In this document: one piece after another, positions 50,900 to 56,736 of the stretch
Layout: the number at the start of each line of letters is the position of its first letter
Numbering within the stretch: position 1 is the stretch's first letter
From: Paraspadella gotoi
Taxonomy: Eukaryota; Animalia; Chaetognatha
NCBI GenBank assembly: GCA_051294375.1
Contig: CM119266.1
Coordinates: forward strand, 25,924,907-25,981,642
Length of the DNA stretch: 56,736 nt
Direction: 5' to 3'
The notes under the pieces: generated by a model
The model's database searches: none
Told to the model about the DNA's origin: nothing
What the model saw: only the letters and a program-made list of their open reading frames with translations
Position numbers and translations under genes: made by a program

Positions 50900-52350
50900 C
50901 TTATTCGGCTGTCCCATTCGTGTGCCTCCGTGACATCTGGTCACTCGTTCTTTCTGCGATGCGGCGGTCGCGGGTGCTTTCGAGACGCTCGTCGTCATCG
51001 TCGGCGTCGAACGTGTGGCGCTCGCTGCGAAGATGGCGTCGGAATAGCCATCGGTTCACGGTCTCGTCGCCTGGTGTACAGATCTGTGTAGGTGGGATGC
51101 GAGACTACTGCAGGACTCGAGAGACTCTGGGAAAAGATATTCTCGCGGATTCATCAATTCGTCGTTCAAATAGTTAAATAGGTTATCAGCTTGCTCTGCG
51201 TTTGATTGGAGGGAGTCACTGTTTTCACTCTTTCTCATCTGGTTATAATAAATTTTCTCGATATTTTTTTATACTAACTTTTTATGCCAAGGCGGATCCG
51301 TTCACAGCAGCAGGCCTTCCTAATTCGGTGCATCCAGTGAGTCGGCATTTTCTCCATGTACGCGACTGAGGGCAACAAGTACTTGACTTTCGTACATTGT
51401 CTTCAGTCTCTTCCTTCTGTCGCTTCTGGACCCTTGACCGCCCATACTATCCGCGGGAGGCAGCCTCGGGTTCTCGAATGACACTCGGCGTTTGGCGGAC
51501 GCTTTGAGCTCGAAACGGCCATGGAGGCTGGGAAGGGAATAGTTATAAAGATAATGAAACGGTGGTGCAGTGCCTGAACGTCCATTCCTTTCCCAATTAT
51601 GTTTATTTCTATATACAATTTTAAAATTTTTAATATATTATTATGCTCCTAGTACTTCAAATAGTTCAGTTCCATCAGAGCTTTCATCAACAATTCGCCA
51701 TCACCTATGCCAAGCTGTGATGACGGCCGGTTCGATCCCGTCTCACTTCTTGGCGGTACGTTGTTGTAGCAGATCATGTTTGTTTCCGAAGGCGAGACGT
51801 TTGGTATGTAGACAGTTCGGTTTGTTGGGGAGAAATTTTCTAGTTTTTCATTCGAGACTTGATTTTGATTTCCGTAATGCGTTTAATTGGTTAGAAGAAG
51901 TAAAAATTTCGTGTTTCTCCTCTTACCATGTGGCAAATGAGGTGATTTGTGGTCATCTCGAATATATTCCGTTTTTAGTGATTATTGCGATGTTTGTTCT
52001 TTTTGCTTTTTGGTGTTGTTTTGAAGGGGTTTGTGGTGTCATTGGTTAGAGGATATTTGTTTGCCAAAGATTTTATCCAAGCTTATTCCTTTTATATTTC
52101 ATCTTTTTCCATTTATTATTTACTCTTTTAACTCACCCGTTCTTACTTTTGTTCTAACATTATTCGTTATATGGAAATTTTCCGTCTTAATAATCCGCAC
52201 TTCAGGGATCTACGTTCGGTGTGGAACGTTCTTGATGCTGTGGGGTGATCAGTTAGTTGGGCGAGCGGTTTCGTCGGATGGCGACGGAGGGTGGGCGGGA
52301 CTAGTCGACAGGTCTGGGCCGCTGGGGATCATTCGATCGGGTCTTGGGGG
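50900..52350 (-). other. Indel-rich inverted copy of the FMO 3' exons and introns
   Basis: The reverse complement matches ~42600-43700, including introns. For example, 51350-51385 TTCTCCATGTACGCGACTGAGGGCAACAAGTACTTG is the reverse complement of 43378-43413. Confidence 0.8.
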
Positions 52351-53049
52351 TCCTGAGGAGGGTGGTTTGGGGTGAGTGTTTGTTATTTGGTGCTGTTTTG
52401 TGTATATATGAGGGAGAGAGGGAGAAGGGAGGAGAGAGAGGAGAAAGAGAGAGGAGTATAATGAGCAAGCCGTAATGAGGACCGCTTAGGTTGGTTTTTT
52501 TCTATTTGTAAGTATATTATTTATTTGTCTTTGTCGTTTAGCGCAGCATGAGTCAGAGTTTGTGCGCAGTATGTACGCGTTTACTATAATGATGGAGGAT
52601 GCGGTTTTGTTAATTGTATTATTCAACGCACATTGTTTGCTGTTGTAGTGTTCGGTGCCCTGCGAAGCGCCGTGGGTGGAGCTGCGCTTGAGTTGTTTGT
52701 TTCCCTCTCCTTCCGCTTAGTCAGTAGAGTACGTAGCAGAGAGAGAGAGAGAGTTAGAGAGATGAGAAAGGAGAGAGAGAGAGATAGAAGATCGATGAGA
52801 GCTTCAGAGTAGAGCAGTCAGATGCAGAGAGTACGAGTGCGATGATCTCTGAGTCTTCGTCTGTCTGGCGATCTTTGAGATCAGTCTGTGTCCCCTAAGT
52901 GCTGGTCGCGGTCGAATGGATGAGCGACAGAGTTGATTATCAGAGATATGGGAAAGCGTGGTTTGGGAAGGTGGTCGCGAGGGTGGTAAGCTCCTTGATG
53001 AAAGACGGCGTGTTGGCTGAACTTTCGTGGATGAGGAGGTGGATGGATG

Positions 53050-54850
53050 TTGGTAAGAATTGTCGGTCTTCTCAGTGATGGATAGTGTGGGTCAACGGGG
53101 GACACACCGGCCGGCGCGTGTCGAAGGACCTTTTCGAGGGAGAGGGGGCATGGGTGTGCGTGATCGAGGCGGGCTAGAGAGATGGGCGCTTCAGCCGCGC
53201 CTCGCAGAGGCCGAGTCGGCCGGTCAGCGGTCCGCGCGTCCACTCGGCGGTCGCATGCTGGAGGAAAACTCGATCAACAGAACATTAGAAGGAAGTGAGG
53301 TGTGGACGCAAGCTTATAATAGGGAAATCGAGATAACCGACGAGATGGATGAGGATCTAGTCTGAAAGTTGCTTGGAATGGATGGTTGATTGGAGATCGA
53401 GGAAGATGGATATAAGACCATAGTAAGAACAGAGAATTTGAGAGAAGATCGGATAGGACTGGCAGGATACAACAGGGGAATGTTAATAAGAATAAAATAG
53501 ATAGTATAGAATAGGAAATATAAAAGATGGGAGAGATAAGGGACTAATACGGATGGTCCAAAAATTTTTTACTGTGAAAAAGAGAAGTACCGATAAAGGA
53601 AAAGTAGTCGTTGTTAACGTTGAGTAACCGCGTCATGATAACGGCTAACACAATTCATCTCACGGTCAAGCCGAAATCGAATATCGCGAGTTCAACGAAA
53701 AAGACGGAACTCGATTCGAGGATGGAACAAAACGGATAAGTCGATAAAGTGCACGTCATTTTGCCACGGGTAAGTTCTGAGGACACACGAATTTGTTTCG
53801 GTTTTGAGCTTCTTCTAATCCGTAATTAAAAAACGCTATTGAACATAAAACGAATTGAAGATTATAGTCATCCGATATGAATCAATAATATCTCTGTGAT
53901 CCTCCAGCTTACATCCGACGCGTGGTTCGTAATTGGACCCAAGTCTCCGTTCCTACCGGGATAACGAAAGAACCTGTGGTCTCTAAGAACAGTGTTCCCG
54001 ACAGCAAAGTTGGGACGGATCCGACGAACTTGCCTGTCATCGGGAGGCTTTCTTGCGTTGGTGTTGGAGTGGAAGGATTGATGGAAATAGCTGCTGATGT
54101 GACTGATACCTTTTTGGGAAGTGATAATAATATATTAATTAATTGAATTAATATGATTATAATATATCCTGAAACTTCAAAGATTTGAATTTAATCTGGA
54201 AGTTTCGGAATAGTAAGCGACTGTTCTTTTAATTCAACTTTAGCACCACAAAACGGTTTTTTACATTAATCTTTAATCAATTACTATTCGCTCCCAGGGC
54301 GGCCACATGTTGTCCAGTTTTCGAGCTTCAATTGCGCTGGGTCGGAATCTCGAGTTACACTTCGTAAACCCGTGCTGTCCCCTCCTGGTTGTTTGGCCGC
54401 GCAGGCTTTCCAACGAGAACAGATATGGACGAACTGAGGACAATGGTACGAAAGCTCGTAGTACTTTGCCCTCGGTCCGCTGTACATGGAAGAACTTGGC
54501 CGTATCACGTGGGATTGCAGACGAATTAGGGAAGGGCTGCTGCTGTTCGGGATCCGCTGGCGATAAAGTTAGTTCATGAAAAAATAGTCGAATTATTTAA
54601 CGCACGAATAACTAGTACTTCAATACAAAACGAAGAGCACTGATAACTTATCATTTAACATTTTACCGAATATGAATCCAAATTTTTTCCGGTATTTCTG
54701 TTCGGTCCTTGTTTCTCCTCCCACTTTACCGTTTTACCGGGCGCAAACGCTGGACCGGAGCTGGCGACGGCCATTTGCAGCGAGGCGCCCAAGCACTCGA
54801 CGGCGCCGCGGACGATGTACGGCCGTCTCGAGGGCACCGACGAACCGGAT
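53050..54850 (+). other. Indel-rich direct copy of the FMO 3' half
   Basis: 53430-54740 parallels 42430-43655 in both exons and introns, with dense 1-2 nt indels. 53150-53400 carries, on the + strand, the exon seen inverted at 40640-40870. Confidence 0.8.
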
Positions 54851-56339
54851 GCATGAAAGAGTCAATGTCAGGGCGATAACGCGGGAAGAAAGCTCTGCAG
54901 GTAAAGGTGATGGTGCGATCGAGAGGAATATTGACATGCGGCAGCGCCGGAGGTCACATGGGTTTTGAAAATGTGATGAATGGAGCGCATGGGGAGGAGA
55001 GAAAGGGGTTGGGGTGAGCGGGAAGGGATAGAGGTGGAATGAGCTGTGACTGACGACCGTGAGTGCTTCAAGGCGTGACGGAGCGCGAGAACGAATGGAG
55101 GAGTTTGGGACGCGGGGAATGACGGATTGCCCGACGGCAACGATCGGATACTCATGCGGCGGGGTGAGTTAACAGCTTCAGAGAGGATGTACGTTGCAGA
55201 TGGCAGTCTCAGACTATTGGATTTTAATATCGAACTTTTCGTTATAGGATGATCTTAAGCGATCTGGTGGCGCGTAACGATTTGTGTAAAGTAGTTGGAG
55301 CACGAAATATTGATTCAATACCATATTTTTTATTTAATAATCTTCATATTGTGTGAAATTTTATTAACGAGAATATTTGAAACGATACTGAATTTCGCAC
55401 TCGGAGATAAGAATTAAAAATAAAAGGATTCGATTTGTAACTAAAATGTATGTAGCATTCACGATGATGATGCTTTTTGAAGTATTCTTGAACTCTACTG
55501 GTACATTACTAAATCGTGTTTGATTTTTATGTAATTTGAGATTAAGTGCAAATTTTATTCTGTTATTAAAACGATCGACTTATTATTTTATTCTTTGTGA
55601 TAAGGCAGCCGTAGTTTAAAGAATTGTAAACCGCGCACGGCCCCTTTATAATGAGAGTAATTAAGAATACGAAAGTAGAAGAAGCCGCTCCAAGCATTGA
55701 AATTCGTAGTGATTATTCAATGACATTTCGTAATGTAGGGATCGATTTGGATGATCTTAAGTAATTTCTGATGGAATTGGGATCTAAGCCTAGTAGTGGG
55801 GATTAACACTTTTGACTCAAGCAAACTGAAGATATAATATAAGTCGGTACTGAGGGGTCACATATAATCTGTATATTATTACAAAATACTGTCAATTAAC
55901 AATAGTTCACGGCAATATATAATTATTACGAATGTAAAATTCAAATAAACACAAACATATAGATTATTAAGAGTTATAATTGGGATCAATTATCAGATAA
56001 GAAACTGAATCTTCTGAAAACAAGCAACTACTACTTCACCGAGAAACTAACACCAAAGGCGACAAATCGTTTTCTGCACGGGAAATCACTTACCAAAATT
56101 AGTAAATTTTGTATTTTGTAGTTCTGGCGATTGAATTTGAGTTCAATTTGGATCACACGTGTAAAGTTTACTGGCCGTGCTGCAATGGGCGTGACAATGG
56201 CGCGTTTTCTGGTATGTACTGTGTCTCGGTCTAGTCGGGATGCCTCGAGACCCGCGTCATCAGTCGGCGTCGAAAGTGTTTGGCTGCTTCGCTGCGAGAT
56301 GGGTGAGATTGCTATTTCCGAGTCAAGGATTTTGTCCGT

Positions 56340-56700
56340 AAGAACCGATCGCAAGATCTCCTTCGATCGTAATTATCAATGAGGCTGAGAACTGCGATCG
56401 CAACGTTCATCGCCCTTGAACGTCTACCGCCGCTAGGATCGCATCGTTGCCGTCGCGAATCCGTCATTCCCCGCGTCAAGACTCCTCCCATTCGTGTCTT
56501 CCGCTCGTCACGGTTGAGCCTCACGTGTCGGTCACGCTTCATTCACCTCTTCCCTTCTCACCCAACCCTTTCTGCTCCTCCCCATGCCTCCATCATCATC
56601 GCATTTCAAACCGAGTGACCTTTCCGTGAGCAGCGTATCGTTCGATCGAGACCTCACCTTTCCTGACCTTTCTTTATTTTCCAAATAGCTTCACCTTCTT
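56340..56700 (-). repeat. Inverted (fold-back) copy of ~54890-55270
   Basis: The reverse complement of 56445-56478 (GACGCGGGGAATGACGGATT..CGACGGCAACGAT) matches 55109-55144, and the similarity extends on both sides. Confidence 0.8.
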
Positions 56701-56736
56701 TTCGCAGCAGGCCCGGCCATTCTCCCCTCGATCACT

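Noticed and set aside
38915-54850. Tandem cluster of several FMO paralogs or pseudogenes
   Set aside because: The copies share intron sequence, differ mainly by dense random indels, and abut gaps or fold-back points. Redundant noisy sequence explains this better.

Overview
Eukaryotic (most likely bilaterian invertebrate) nuclear DNA: AT-rich, with short introns and many (AG)n/(CATT)n/(GAC)n microsatellites. It is not a prokaryotic locus. Seven spliced genes can be read by eye: CFAP57/WDR65 (minus strand, runs off the left edge), a secreted Cys-rich protein with a cystine-knot-like pattern, an RBP4/purpurin-like lipocalin, CFAP20, a Domeless/gp130-like FN3 cytokine receptor, a PHF24 homolog with intact EF-hands, and a flavin-containing monooxygenase (FMO). 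The most notable element sits in intron 3 of the lipocalin. It is a complete ~600-bp non-autonomous LTR element (TRIM) with two LTRs, a PBS, a PPT and a 4-bp TSD, and its LTR carries a tRNA-Gly-like Pol III cassette. Several parts of the window, especially ~38.9-42.4 kb and 50.9-56.7 kb, contain indel-rich, scrambled or fold-back copies of FMO sequence, some next to 10/25-N gaps. These look like assembly or long-read artefacts rather than a gene cluster. All homology calls come from recalled family motifs, not from database searches.
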